Source: the human T2T-CHM13v2.0 reference genome, Homo sapiens. Taken from it: a stretch of 64,000 bases of DNA. Of this stretch, positions 1 through 15,495 are shown in pieces (position 1 is the stretch's first letter; every line of letters begins with the position of its first letter). The notes under the pieces are model-generated. The model was not told where the DNA came from. It searched no databases and saw only the letters and a list, made by a program, of their open reading frames with translations. The DNA is taken from assembly GCF_009914755.1 (NCBI RefSeq), contig NC_060930.1; one strand, given 5' to 3'. A program made the translations under genes and the position numbers.

Positions 1-146
1 AAGCAAGAAGCAATCGCACTTTCAGGGGGAAAAGCAGTATACAACTTCCCACTGGAAGATCACAAAATATCAAAACACCAAGTTGAAGGGAAATCAATTC
101 TAAGAAACAGATCAGAAGAAAAAAGCCACAGAAAGGTTGAAATTAC

Positions 147-184
<38 letters not shown>

Positions 185-192
185 CAACAAAC
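147..192 (+). repeat. (AAT)n(AAC)n microsatellite
   Basis: About 12 AAT units followed by 3-4 AAC units. Confidence 0.95.
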
Positions 193-279
193 ATGCCAAC
201 ATAAAACCTTTTATTCTTTTTTGATCTTCTTTTCAGAGTTGTTTCTTTTAAAACAGGAAATTAAAATAGTTCTTCTAGA

Positions 280-1420
280 TTTCCAGTTCTGGGATAAGAT
301 AGAGTAGGCACACTTCTTCCTATTCCATCAAGCATGGCTAAAAACCCTGGACACTACATATAAAATAAACGTAAGAGACTCTGAAAGGTGGAGAGAAGAA
401 GGCAGACCAGCTAGGGCACACCTCGGGATCTGAGGAACGACATGGTGGTGAACTCTTTGTACTCGTATGTTTTTTCAAGCCCGTGCGATGTAGACAAAAA
501 AAGCCCCAAGGAAAGCCTGCTCCCTCCAGCTAAAGGATCAGGGAAGTGGCAGCCTAGCAAGACCGAAAACCTCTAGACAGTAACTGCCCTACACCAACCG
601 AACTCATGGAAAAACTGTGGCCCTACCCCAACCCCCCATCAGCAAAGGTTGGGGTGGGGGGCTGTAATTTCACATCCTCTACCTGCTGGGTGACCGATGT
701 CATAGAAGGCTAAGTGGGGAGCTGGAACCTCCATCATTCTCCAGTGATAATGAGACCACCCTTTTCCTCAACACAATAAAGCACTCCCTCCCCTCCCAGC
801 CAGCACACCATCCTGGAGACCTGGTGGGAAATCTGAACTCCCACCTTTGCACAGCAGTAATGAGACACCCTTCTCCCATCCAGGTGTCACTGGGGGCAGA
901 GTGGGGAACCTGGACTTCTACCCTTACCTGGCAATAATAAGGTGGCATCCCTTGACCCAGTGACACAGTATCAGAGAAAATCTGTTAAAACAAGTTTAAG
1001 TAAGACCTACCGTCTAATAACATAATTCTCCAAATGTCCAAGATACAATTGAAAAATCACTTGACATGCCAAGGACCAGGAAAATCACAACTTGAAAGAG
1101 AAAAAGACAATTTGACACATGCCAACCCTGGGATGACACAGACATGGAAGATATTTAAGAAGAATTTTTAAATGGCCATCATAAAACTCTTTCAATAAGC
1201 AATTATAAACAAACTTGAAACAAATAAAAAAAAAGTCTTCACAAACAAAAAAAGGTTTTCAAAAAAAGAACCAAGTGGAAAAGTAATTGGTCAAAATAAG
1301 ACACTCAATGGATGAGCTCAGCAGAAGAGTGAAGGAGGCAGAGGAAAGAACCAGTGAACTCAAAGGCAGAACAGTAGAAATCAGCTCATCTGGACAACAG
1401 AGAAAATAGGCTGAAAAATA
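280..1420 (+). mobile_element. Old L1M-type LINE fragment (5' region and decayed ORF1 start)
   Basis: A-rich strand with L1M-like text (acactcaatggatgagctcagcagaag, cagtgaactcaaaggcagaacagtagaaatc); no ORF; boundaries approximate. Confidence 0.6.
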
Positions 1421-1924
1421 GTCCTTTCAGTTATCTAATGGAATATTCCATGGACTTCCTGGTTTCCTTGAAAGTATAAAGCTACTGGCTAGGGACTTTT
1501 TCCAATGCAGATAAGAATTTAAGAGTCTTATGTTTCTACCAAATCTTTGTAGACAGTGTTATCTCTCTTTTGCAAAGAAGTGTGGACAATCAATTAGTGA
1601 TTCCAGAAATCCTCTGGAAGTAAAATTGCTAAATGTCTTTAACTGCTTAAAAGTAGTAATGAAATCAGTCATTGAAGATATAAGAGCTCCTCTCGCTCCT
1701 AAATGCTCTTTTTGTATCCCTCTTCTCTCCAGTGAGTACCAGTGCCCTGCCTAACACAAAGACAGGATCCGTGAGAAAACAAAACTCCTGGGTTACGTGA
1801 TCAGTCTCCAGGCTTTTTTGGGTACCAATTACCATGCAGCACGCTGGGCCATGCTGTGAAGATGCTATAAAGCTGGGTGAACACATTTAGTAAGAAGATA
1901 AAACAAGTGTAGTGCAAGGAATTT

Positions 1925-2100
1925 ATGCTTTCAAAAAATATTTATCAGTGCCTGCAAGGTACAAAGCACTGCTCTCTATAGCTGGAGCCCTAGACAGAGA
2001 TCCCTCCAACAAGCTCCACTTCCAGTGAATGGGGACCTGCGGAGGCGGAAAGAGATGACAGTAAACCACCGCCATAAAAAGTAAATGAATTATTATGTTA
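1925..2100 (-). mobile_element. L2 fragment
   Basis: ttcaaaaaatatttatcagtgcctgc...gcactgctct resembles the reversed L2 3' end. Confidence 0.45.
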
Positions 2101-4336
2101 GAAAGCGATATTCCTTTGATAATAGAAGGAAAGGTAGAATAGTAGAGGGGAAATGGGGATGGAGTGGAGGTTGGATATGGGGCAAGGAACATGAATTCAC
2201 TGAGAGCAAGATTCAGTGACCCAGTGTTAGGGAAAGAGAAGTCCTAGGAGGAGGAGTTGCAGGGGAGAGAGGGATTCTGAGCAGCAGGTTGAGTGGGTGG
2301 GGACAGGAGTGTGGCCCCAGCCAGGAGTGGAAAACAGCCTGAAGCTTGAGTAGGAGCCCAAGGCTTAGCAAGACGGATGCAGATCATTCAAGGCATGCCT
2401 TGAAGACCTTTATCTTGGATATTCTTATGAGAGGTAGAACAATGAGAGCTGAGAGAGATGGTAATAACCCTTTCCTAGGCTTCATTATTAATATTTCCTC
2501 CACCTCACAATCCTGTTAGTCTTGTTCAAAACAAGGCTAGGCTGAGTTCCAATTCTAATAAGAAAAAAACTGAACTGTCAGAAAAACAGATTTTCTGAAA
2601 ATCAAGTATATATTTTACATTTCAGTCTCCTTTTTTATATGAACGTTAGCTACCAAGACAAGCACTGTTACTAAAAGTAAGCTACTCAGTATTCAGAGAC
2701 TCTCTCCAGATGCGCCCTCTGTGGAACTTCCCTAACAATGTGCTCTTGTACATTTATCATCTTTCTGGCTTTGGCAAGATCTCCCTTTTGTTCCCACCTT
2801 GAAGGCTTCTTGTTCTTAACAGCTCAATTAAACTCATGTACACACTTATGTATACAAATGCACGCACACACACCCACCCCCAACATCTGCAGGTTTAAGC
2901 ATTTTTTTTTTTCCATAATGTTCACAAAGTTTAAGACAAAACCCAATAACGCATATGATAACCACTGTCTCCTTAGGTCAAATTTGAATTCACTTAAAAC
3001 AACGATAGCAAAAAAATACTTGCAATGAACAACTTGGTTAAAAAAAGGTAACTATCATTCATCACTTAGATCTTCAAGATTCACAGCAACAGAAAAACAA
3101 TTCAGAAAAAAGAAATGCAAAAGAAGTCTATGTGTTCAAAAGAAAACTATTTGGTGCTGATTTATTTAAATAAAAAATTATTTCCCAAGTATTTACATAA
3201 GGCACAATAAAATTTGATTTGAAGTCTATCAATTCATAATTTGTAACAATTCAAGCCGAAGGCCAGGATGAAATGCACAGCTGCCTAACAGGAAAAAAAT
3301 CATTAATAATCAGGTGAAACAATGTAATCAGAACTACCATTGGGGAACACAAGCAAACCCACACCAGAAAGAGTCCCTAAAACGGCAATCATGACCTTGT
3401 GTTAATTACTGGGGAAGAAAACGCACATCGAACAGGAAAGGCTGACTTTCAAGGAAAAAAAAGTGTAAACCAAATGAAAGAAGTTGGGTTGCCCATAAAT
3501 CAGCTTGAAACCTGGTGATAAGTGGGCAGACATCACTTTGGTGCTAGAATGAGGCATTCCTCATCGAAGTGGAACTTTGATGAGTGACATGAGTTCCCCC
3601 ACTCCAGCACCCTCTGGAGAAGAGCTGAGCAGAAAGCCACAATGAGGAATCCCAAAGGCTTGCTTGGAGGTGATGGCTGCTTTCTTCTCTACTGGGCTTG
3701 AATTAATCCATGGGCACCTATCAATTTCACCAACAGCTGTGACACTGTATGAGCCATGGAGCTGGATAAAAGGGCTTCATTACCACTCCTCTATGAGGAA
3801 AGCCTTGCCAAGCTGCTAGAAAATTTTTTGCAAATTTAGCTGTAAAATATGTTGATTGTTCTAACAAAGCCAGAAAGAGAAGGGAACTTTTCTGTTCCCT
3901 TTGTTGCTGATCCTGATACTCTGTTCCACAGCCTTGGGCATAATGAGGAGTTGGGACCAGTAGAACAGGGGGACTCTGAAAGCACAGACCAGGAGAGACC
4001 TGAATTGAGCATGTTCATAGCATGTTCATAGCAAGACTCCATGTCAGACCCGAACAGGCTCCTCGAGGGTCAGACAGGCAAAGCCTTCGATTTTCCCATG
4101 GAGATATAAGCCCCAAAAGAGCACGGAATGGGTCCTCATTTGTCTGTCCAGCTTTCGGAACAGTATGTACCTTAAGCAGGTGTTCAACCGACGTTTGTTG
4201 AATAAATGAATTAAGTCAATCAAGGCATAAATAGATGATTGGTCAGAGACCAGGCAGGATGTGATGAAGAACAGAAATATCAGGAGGTGAAACAGGGCAC
4301 TGGTATGTTCACACCACAGAGACATAGATAGCCAAG

Positions 4337-7300
4337 ACCCCTTTGTTTCGTTTTGTTTTGTTTTGTTTTGACTAAAATAGTTGCAACAGAGGTTATTCTT
4401 GGATTTTTAAGGAAGAGTATGGTTTAGACACTTAGGAACGTCTCTGTTTAAAAAAAATTTTTTTAAGTGCACTGTAAAAGCGTCTAACCTCATAATAATT
4501 CTCCCTTTTTGAAGACCCAGGATTCAGTGTAGGTTTTGCCCAGAGCTCAGAGATCCAGTTAAAAGATAGGAAGTCCCTATCTAAATAAACCTGGTCTCCT
4601 TATACAATCCTATGATAGATTTCTATGATTTTACATTTGATTTGGCATCCATCTTTAATTTCCCTCTAGTACCACCAGACTTTTTCTCTCTGTACTTTAT
4701 AATGTAAATTTTGCTATTTGATTTACACCTTAGTTGTTTCCTTTAATATGCAAATTTAAGGCTATTTAGCTGACAGCTGCCTAGGATTGTGAAACAGATT
4801 ATCAAGAATCTGAAAGTCTGAGACAGGATAAAACAAAAAAGGTTTTTATGAATCTATAAGATGTACTTCTATCGGCATGCCTAATATGTCTATGTATTTA
4901 TGTGTTGTGTACACAATGTTTCACTACTGAAAATATATAAAGAGTTCCAATTAATTAGTTTAAGAAAACTAAAGCACTTGAATCAAATACTTTATCAGGA
5001 AAAAGGAAGAGACTAGTCAAATGCTTTTTCAAGTTTATGTAACTTAACTAATATATTTAATAAATAAGCTAGCTTTAAAATTATTGGTAAAGTAGTATTA
5101 GAAATGTCTTAAAAATTGCCAGCATATATTTTTGTTTGCATTTATTAATCAAGCAATTTCATACTTATCCCTGCCAAATACTATAAGGTGTCAAAAATTT
5201 GGCATAGGGGTTACAAAACTATAAACCCAGCCCAAATCAGAATGATCTTTTCTTGTGTACTCTTTAACAAATAAGACATTAATATTGGTTAAATAAAAAT
5301 AGCTACATCTCAAATTTAGTAAGATTACTGTAACTTCTAATCTTGTGGCTTTAGGCAGTCTAGCCCACAGGCAGTAAAATTTGTTATCATCTTTGTTTCA
5401 AAACTAAACTATAAACTAAGTTCCTCCAAAAGTTAATTTGGCCTATGCCCAGGAATGAGCAAGGACAGCTTGGAGGTAAAAAGCAAGATGGAGTCAGTTA
5501 CGTCAAATCTTTTTCACGGTCTCAGTTATAATTTTCCAACAGTGGTACCATAACTTTAAATGGTGACTATCACAGTTTCCATAAATAATCTAGCTAAACA
5601 AATAAAATACTTAGGTAAATGTTATAGGATAAATACTTGTAGACAAACTCATCATAATTTAGAATCTAAAGTTATATTAAATTAAATAATAGATATTTCA
5701 TTATTTGGGTATTTGCCAATAGAAAACATTCTCTCCAAAAACAAAGTGTGTCCTTTTAAAAAAGAAGATGAACAATTTTTGTCTAATTCAAAGCTTATTT
5801 AAAAGTCATGTATAAAACAAGGTAAAAGGAATGAGGAAATAAAAGAGATGTAAAGAAAGTTATAAAAATACAGAGGTTTCTTTGGCAAGAAAGCTTAAAG
5901 AGAAATAATTTCATATGAGAAAAAAATCTTGTATGGTAAATTTAGTCCTAGAGTAAAATGACTGGTTATTTAAGAAAGAGGGACGTTCAGGACAAACTAG
6001 AAAGTCCAAGCATGTCATGAACAGTCTGTGTAAGTCATAAAAAGAGATTTTTAAAAAAAACGTTTATATGATCAAGTTGTCATATTATTATTAAGTTTGG
6101 TTTACTTAGGAAAAAACTGAAATTAATTTTTTTAATTAAGGTTATTTCATCTGTATATCTCTCTGCATGCACTTTTAAAGTACTTGTGACACTGAGTTAC
6201 AGGATTTTGAGTCCTGGGTCTAAAAATGACACCAAATCCTACTAAATTTTAAACACTGACAGCAATTAAAGCCCCATCTTCAGGTCCTGTAGAAGATGCC
6301 AATCAAAATAAACTACATTCCTGAGACACAGGGCCAGAAATTAAAGCCATTTCAACTCAAGGCCCAGAGAGTATTGTGGAAGAGGTGGGTGCATGAGATT
6401 GTAAAGGTCGATTTTGAAAGATAAAATAAGTTCAGTTTCTCTATAAATTAATCATTAATGTTGAAGGGCACACTGATGCAAGACTAGCATATGGGCCCCT
6501 GTGTCAAATTAACAAAGTTTTCTTGAAGCATTAACTGACTCCTCAGTAAATGTTATAAAGGTTATAAAAGGCTTATGGAAGCTGTATCTTATGGTCAAGA
6601 TTAAAATTTTATAGATTGTTTACAAAATTTTGAAAAACAAATTTAAATGACTTTGTGCTATTTTTATTAGGGCTTATTGTTTGGAACATTAAGTCTCCTC
6701 TCTCAAAGAATGAAGATGTTTGCCTTTTTTGAAATCCTTGAGTTATCACTTTAGTTAAATGAATGACCCTATTTTATGATATCAATAGTATTAAACCTTT
6801 GATATTTGACAAACTTGCCAAAATCAAATTATAAATTATGTCTTTTTCTTACCTAATTAATCCTTTAAGACATTAGATTCCCTAAAGTCCAAAAGTGACA
6901 TAATTTGGCTTATCTGGTATAAAAATTATACAGGAAACATTGTCAAATACGAAATGGTGTTTGGTTTCCTTTAGGTTGTATTTGTATAAATATGTTATTG
7001 GTATGTGTTCCAAAATCAGGGTAAACTCCTGTAATTCTAATATGACTTAATGTACATTTTCAGTGATAATTATAATTTTTATGTTAAATTGTTAGTGTGC
7101 CACAAGGTAACAAATTTCCTTGTCAATTGTGTCTTTCACTATGGCTACCCTAATACATTTTGTCACCCATGGACAATTGTCTTGTTTTGGTCCTCCTTAG
7201 AAGGTGGTTTTATAATCAGCTATAGAACTCTAACAGGTGTTCTTAAATGCAGGTTTCTGATAACTAACTTATAACAATACAGTTATTTGCATAAGTGCAG

Positions 7301-8363
7301 TAAGAATCAATTTTCACTGTAACAGGCCACAATCAGAGAAACTGTTTATTTTACCAAGACTTTGACTGTAATGGTGTGCTTTCCCTTAAGGAATCAAACT
7401 TGACTTATGAAGCCAATAAAAACCCCTTGGAAAAAACTGGCCTCATACCTTTGTCTACACAGCCCCTGCACAGGGTTCCTGACCTGTGGTAGGTAAACAA
7501 TGTCACTTTCTGGCAGGTCCAGGAGCCTCAAGTTTATCTTGGAACCTCAAGAGGAGCTGATCACCCAACTCATAGGTATTTGATGGCACAAATCCATGGC
7601 TGGGCTCGGCTTTAAAAAAGTCTTATCTGAGATTCCTCCTATGGAACACAGTTCCATCAAAGCCAATTTAAAAGCCTTTGTAAAAATAATTATTCTTGCT
7701 GCACTGTATACAAATAATTAGGCCAAGTATAATAAAGCAAACCAGTCCTACCATGATTTGTCTTTAGTAAAAATGGGAAACTGAAGAGAGAATAATTATG
7801 CTTCAAAACTATAGTACACCTGTTGTTAGATTCTAGTTTTATCTTACATTTTTCAATTTTTATTATTTTCTACAGTTTGGACTGAATTCTAAGTTTTCTG
7901 GGCTACAAGTCTTCAAAATAATGTTTTCAATTTTTTGTTCCTTCCTTTTTTTCCCAATTTTTCCTAATTTGGAGTCACTGAAAACTAAGCTGTGCTTTTG
8001 TAAAGCCCTGTGAACTGAAGCCAGACAACTTAAACTTCAAAAGAAAATGACAACAATCTATTTACATACATAAGCCACTTTCATACCTGCCTACTGATGT
8101 ATGGGCTTCAGAGTAATGTGGCCTATATTGATTTTTCCAGGATTGTTCTTTTGCTTGTTGTTGTTTGTCTTCCTTCCTCTATTTTCTCTTCATAGAATAA
8201 CCTTATAAAAATGAGTTTTCCTAATAACTTAGATCCTACCTGTCTAGGAATAAGCCATCCTAGTCATGAGAGATCAGACAAAACCTGGGAACAGAGACTC
8301 ATCTTCTTCTAAAATGCTTTCTCCAAAAAAATTTTTTAAAGTGGGGGTGGGGGTGTTGGGGAA
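4337..8363 (+). mobile_element. MER4-group ERV internal sequence (non-coding, 5'-truncated)
   Basis: About 4 kb of AT-rich MER4-int-like sequence ending in a G-rich polypurine-tract-like run directly before the LTR; left boundary approximate. Confidence 0.75.
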
Positions 8364-8803
8364 TGTGAAAGGAAAATATCTTAGGCCCCCAAAATCACTT
8401 AAAGGGAAAATTCAAGCTGGGAACTGTTTAGGGCAAACGTGCCACCCATTCTATTCAAAGGCATCCCTCTGCTCACTGAGATAAATGCATATCTTACTGC
8501 CTCCTTTGGAGAGGCTCATCAGAAACTCAAAAGAATGCTACCATTTGTCTCTCACCTACCTGTGACCTGGAAGCCCCTCTCCTTCGAGTTGTCCTGCCTT
8601 TCCAGACCAAACCAATGTTCATGTTACATCTGTTGATTGATGTCTCGTGTCTCTCTAAAATGTATAAAACCAAGCTGTGCTTTGACCACCTGGGCACATG
8701 TTGTCAGGACCTCCTGAGGCTGTGTCACAGGCACACATCCTCAACCTTGACAAAATAAACTTTCTAAATTTACTGAGGCCTGTCTCAAATTTTGGGGGTT
8801 TCA
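8364..8803 (+). mobile_element. MER4A1-type LTR (3' LTR of the truncated provirus)
   Basis: Begins TGTGAAAGGAAAATATCTTAGGCCCCCAAAATCACT; contains tataaaa and aataaa; ends ...ggggtttCA. Confidence 0.85.
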
Positions 8804-8805
8804 GA

Positions 8806-9322
<517 letters not shown>

Positions 9323-11003
9323 TATTTCAAAACTATCTACGTTGACCTCCAAACCTGTTCTGCTGGCCTGCCTTAGATAAGACTGAGACAAAGGCAACAG
9401 GCCCATCTGCAGTTTCAAAAAATCAGACCATATCCAGCTTCATACTAACAATTTTTTCTTTGGTAGGACTACAAGCTATGTTTTTTATGTGACATTTTAA
9501 ATACTTATTTAAATACCCCATAGAGACTGTCTAGATGCTTCACATTTCTATAGGCTTGAGTACAATTTTAATACTATTACAAGAGTCTTCACAATTTGGC
9601 AAGCTACATTAATGACCCTATTTAACTTATGATCCTACTCTTCCATAACTCATACACTGCATGTGTTGTAATCTGTTGCCTAGTTAGCAAATGTTTCTGT
9701 AGAATTAAGCTTCCCCGTATCTGTGGGTTGAAAATGTTTACACATCCCAGCGGACATATTTGTGCTGAATCTCAAGGTTTTTGAGGCCATGGCTCATTCC
9801 TTCTCTGCCATTTCCCATACTCTTGGATTTACAAAACATACGCATATACCCAGCAAACACAGACTGACAGTGACTCACCCTGATCTCATGCTCGGTAATC
9901 AGGTTCAGATATCCTGGTCCTTCAGCATGAGTGTGGTTCTCAGGTCTGTCTCTCTGGCACACATTACAGGCAAAACCCATATTTTAAATGTATAACAAGC
10001 TCTTTTTGAACCTAAAACATTCTAGTCTTTATATTCTGAAGCCTAGCACATGCTTGAAACACTGATATCCTTGCAGTGGCTGAGGGGTATATCTGCTTGA
10101 ACCACACAGTAGAATAACCTCCCTTACCATAAAAAAAAAAAAAAGAAAACACAAAAACACAAGATCCAAGTTTCCTGTTGATAGCTCAAACTCTAAAAGT
10201 CCTACCAGCCACCAACCCATTGTAATTTCTCCTTTTTAGGTAGATATACCCATTATTTTATTCGTAATACAGCATTACCTTTCAAACTATACATCAAATT
10301 GAGTAGAGCAGACATAGTCAAGTTTATCTATGCCGGCAAGCAAAACTCTTCACATGCACCCTGCCATGAAGGGCTATCAAACCTCCTCTGCCCCTAGAGC
10401 TGGAAAGCTGTCCAGGCTCACACATACTTGCCTCTCTTAACCGCACCATGTCCAGTTGACGAGGATTAAAGAAAACAAACAAAAAATACCTTTCAGCTAA
10501 AGCCAGATTTGTGAGGCTGCCAAGAGCACTTTTCCCTCCTGCCTTGACAAGGCTTCTTCATAGTCTGACAAAGGAGACTAACACTCTTAGACACAAATAC
10601 AAGTTGGAGATGTCTCTGAAAGGGTTCTGAACCCACGTTGGGGTTGGGTGGGAATAACTCAATGGATGACTGAAGCAAAGGGTCAATGCTTTCAGGGCTC
10701 TCAGAGTAAAGCCATGAAACAGAATAGGCAACAGCAGCCCCAGTCTCTTCTGTCCTCAAGCAAACGTCTGCAACAAGTGCGTCTCTTGTCCAGGATGACA
10801 GACAACCTCTGCAACTGCCTTCTACAATCTTCAGGCTCACTCTCCTCAGGACAGTGAAACGCTTCCGGGCAATCGTTCTTTCCTCATTCTTTCCCAACTT
10901 CCTCCCTGGGCTCCACTGTGGAAACCAAAATGCTGGGGCAGCATCAGCCCCGACGCCCCAGGCCCCACCCCAGCACTCTCTTAATTCAGATGATTTTCCC
11001 CAG

Positions 11004-11353
11004 TGTCCGTTTTCACACTGCTGCTGAAGACATGCCCGAAACGAAACCAAAAAAGGTTTAAAAGGTTTAATTGGACTTACAGTTCCACATGGCTGAGGAG
11101 TTCTCACAATCATGGTGGGAGGCGAAAGGCTCTTCTTAAGCAGCGACAGCAAGAGAAAATGAGAAAGAAGCAAAAGCGGAGACCCCTGATAAACCCATCA
11201 GATCTCGTGAGACTTACTATCACGAGACTAGCACGAGAAAAACTGGCCCTCATGATTCAACTACCTCCTCTTAGGTCCCTCCCACAATACGTGGGAATTC
11301 TGGGAGATACAATTCAAGTTGAGATTTCGGTGGGGACACAGCCAAACCTATCA
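11004..11353 (-). mobile_element. THE1A-type MaLR solo LTR
   Basis: THE1 text with cccctgataaacccatcagatctcgtgagac; TG...CA ends; 5-bp TSD CCCAG at 10999-11003 and 11354-11358. Confidence 0.9.
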
Positions 11354-12593
11354 CCCAGTAATCCCTGCTTCTGTCTTAATTTGACTTTCCCCTCACACGT
11401 GGCTCTGATTCACCTTTGCTCACCTGCTGATGCGGTTCTCATGTTACACGTGTTCTTCACCTTCAGGCTTTCCTGTCCTTGTCAATTTCCGTTTAGGTGT
11501 TTTATCATTAGGGCCTGACTCCGCGTTTCAGCAATGAAAGATGAGCAGACAGTGGAGAAGGCAAGCCAGGGGAGGGGCGGAGTGAGCACAGGCGTGGGGA
11601 CGCGAAAGGACAGGGGAACACCGGAGAACTCGGTCATCCGCTTGGGAGCCAGGGACATGCTGAGCTGGAAAACCTAGCCTTGGGTCAGAACTGGGCTCCC
11701 ATCAATGCCTGGTACATGGTAACAGAAGGTGCTCAATAGATGTCTACCAAGTTGAATGAAAGGGCATCTCACTGTTTGAGCGTGCTTTAAAAAGCCTTAT
11801 GGTGTGTCAGATGGAGGACGCATTGGGAGAGGCTGTGGTGGAGACCTGTGTTAACAGCCTGTCACAACGTTGCAGGCGATATCCAAGCCCAAAAGACATG
11901 CTTCTCCCTGTGTGTCCCTGGGGGAGTCCATCAGGTGCATGGTAATCCAGTATGAAGGCATTGGCGTTATGCCTGCATTTTCTCTCACTAATCATGTTCA
12001 GCTCTAGTTGGAGACATAGGTATATATAATCTGTTCCTTTCCATTTAAAGAAATTGGCTACTGGTGTAGAAATTGTACATGAACAATCTCATTTATGAAC
12101 ATCATAATTACCCTGGTGAAAGGACTGGCTGGGAGAGGCATGGCATATTCAGAAATCCTCAAAGCCCTGGAATTGGATCAGGGAGTCCAGCCAGAAACCT
12201 CCTCCCCTGACCCCGCCTGCCCAGGCCACTGCCCTGGGACAGGACTCACAGGCAGCACAGCTGGTGCCTCTGCTCCCGCGGGGCCCTGCACACACCAGCT
12301 CTGGTGTTTGGATAACATGCAGAACTCACCATCACTAGACTGTGACTGGGTTGAAGGACAAGGTCTCTTCCTCATCTCCCAACTCACCTTGTAGCGTAGA
12401 GCATGTTCTATGTGATGCCTGCAAAGACCAATTGAACACGTATGCATTCACCGGGAATGCCCTGTGATGGCTGGTGTCTGTGTCTGATGAGTTGGTGCCT
12501 TGTTCTTCTGGCAAGAGAACCACATGCCCTGGGGTGGACATACAACCTGCACAAGATGACTGTAGCTCTCTACCCCCGTCCACAGTGACGGTG

Positions 12594-12780
12594 CCAATGG
12601 TGCTGTGCTGGAAAATGGTTAACAACCAGCTCTTGTGTGGCAGGGGAGGCAGTAGGTGGGAGGAAAAAAAGCCCTGATTTATAGTTCTGCCGATTTCTAT
12701 GGTGCAAATATTCCCACAAATGTCAGTGCCAAGCTATCTATATGAAATCAATGAAGAAGAAGTTGGGAAGAGATTACCAA
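12594..12780. mobile_element. MER63-like hAT MITE fragment
   Basis: gtgctgtgctggaaaatggttaacaaccagctct...aaaaaagccctgattt...gttgggaagagat. Confidence 0.6.
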
Positions 12781-13190
12781 ATTACCAGAGCTCCCTTTTA
12801 AAACATGCACGACTCCCTCTGCTGGCATGATGGTCTGACTAAGTGGGGAAATCACAGCAAGAATACCTTTACTTTACGTTTGTCTAGCACCTTACAATTT
12901 ATTTCCCTCATCTTACAATTAAAAAACCAAACCCAGGTAAGTTGACTGTGTCACCAAGGTGGTTAGGCCACTGTTCAGAAGCCAAGACTCCAGGCTCCAA
13001 GTGCGTGTTACCATAACACCGGGGCAGGATCCTCCGCTCCACGGCCCTAGCACAGTGTATCCACATCAAATCTACTCAAAAACAGCCACTTGGAAGCTAT
13101 AAAGGGAGCCATAAGGATGCTAGAAAATAACTGCTGTCCTCAACACTTTCCATATCATGTAACCATATACTCTGAGGTGGCAGAGGTGAA

Positions 13191-13327
13191 AAAACACTGT
13201 TATCTACCAAACAGTATGATAAAACACTGTATCTACCAAACAGTATGATAAAACACTGTATCTACCAAACAGTATGATAAAACACTGTATCTACCAAACA
13301 GTATGATAAAACACTGTATCTACCAAA
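13191..13327 (+). repeat. 29-bp minisatellite, about 4.7 copies (AAAACACTGTATCTACCAAACAGTATGAT)
   Basis: Units start at 13191 (30 bp, one extra T), 13221, 13250, 13279 and 13308 (partial). Confidence 0.97.
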
Positions 13328-14228
13328 GCGTTTCTAGGATTTTTCCTTCAAAACAGACTGTGGAATTGGAGAATACTTTTAATCTAATATTTTCCCTCCT
13401 TTCAGGAGAACCAGAATAGGACCAGAGAAGGGAGTTCTCAAAATGTTTGACAATGCCTCAGATCCCATCTGGGCCCAAGATAAACTGAAATAGAGAAAAA
13501 TACAAAAATATTTTTTGCCATTAGGATTTCCTTGCTTTAGAGCTTGTTTTCATAAAACTATTTCCCCCTTACTTTAAGTGTGCTATATAAATTCTATCTC
13601 CAGTATGGTGAAACCAAAACCCATAGCTAAGGCAGTGGTCTTTCAATGTTTTTGATTCCTTAAAAAAAAAATTAAATATGCACCATTAGCATATACAACT
13701 TTTATATATGTAAAATTTGTATTTTATATAATTTAAAAAATATATAAAATGTCCTATCCAGACATTTATGATATGATAGAATATGATGGCATGATACGAG
13801 ATGAGATAAAAGGAACATAAATAGAAGCTCTCAGGTTTGTTTTTTCTATACCCCAATGGCTTGTCTTGTTTACCTCCTGGAAATATCCACTGCACCATGA
13901 AGACCACACACGATCGCCTTATAACCTTACAAGACACCAAAGTCAAACTCACAACCTAATTTAAAAGCCGTAACTTAAGTCAGAAGTGAAATTTAATGCT
14001 TCCAAAAACAAATGGGCACTTTGCGAATTAATTTATTTATAAACCATATGAATAGCTAAGACAACTTGACTTAAGCCAAGCATCCATTCATACAATTCAG
14101 TATCACATGTGTATTCCTAAACTTGCTGATTCTTTAGGGCCACCTGTTTGAAATTTAGAGTGACTAAATTCCCTATTTAAAACGTAAGGTCATTTCTTGT
14201 ACCAGGGACACAGATTCACAGTAAAAAA

Positions 14229-14237
14229 GATAGACAG

Positions 14238-14328
<91 letters not shown>

Positions 14329-14397
14329 CGGCAGGCAGGCAGGCAGGCAGGCAGACAGACAGACAGACAGACAGACAGACAGGCAGGCAGATAGATA
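14229..14397 (+). repeat. Compound tetranucleotide STR (GATA)14(GGCA)8 GGC (GGCA)6(GACA)7(GGCA)2(GATA)2
   Basis: Counted directly; the GATA block spans 14239-14294. Confidence 0.97.
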
Positions 14398-15010
14398 CAT
14401 TTAAAAAATAAATGGATTATTACTCAAAATACACAAGGCTTGCTATCACAGTTACATTATTCCTGTTAAAAAACTTAGAACTCCAGTGTCCTTGCTTATC
14501 ACTCTCCATTGAATCAGCTTCATGAGACTGATTCATTTGGATATTTAATGTGCTTCCAATCACCAGGTATGTCAGCCACACAGCCTGCGCTATCACCAGA
14601 TGACCTGAGCTAATAACACACTAATGTCATCATCAGACCTCATTCCTAATACCTCCTTCTTTCTCCTAAATAAACAAAAATGTGTTGGCATGAAGGGTTC
14701 ATTTTGGAATAAGCATCATATGGAAAAGTTTAGCCAAGTAAAAGCCCAATTCTAAATAAAATCATTTCACTAGGAATTGGGCCAGAGTGTAACAGTAACT
14801 ATGAAGAGAAAACATTACATCTGAAATGAGCTGGAGAGGCAGATAGACAGCTTCCTCGATGCTTCAGATTAAAAACCCTAGAAGTATATGGAACAACAGA
14901 ACGGATGGCCTTGGTGAGATGACTTCATTTTATAGTTCCTCAAGCAGAGCAAGTAGAGGAACCAAAGACTTGTTGCCCTCTTTTTGGCCAAACAAAGACG
15001 CTGCCAGTAA

Positions 15011-15495
<485 letters not shown>

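Noticed and set aside
4337-8363. Possible gag/pol/env in the ERV internal region
   Set aside because: No long ORF or retroviral protein motif; non-autonomous MER4-type sequence.
10493-11518. The longest ORFs (226 aa minus, 171 aa plus)
   Set aside because: They overlap a THE1A LTR, have non-ATG starts and show no recognisable domain.
13191-13327. CRISPR-like 29-bp repeat with internal palindrome
   Set aside because: Head-to-tail tandem with no spacers.
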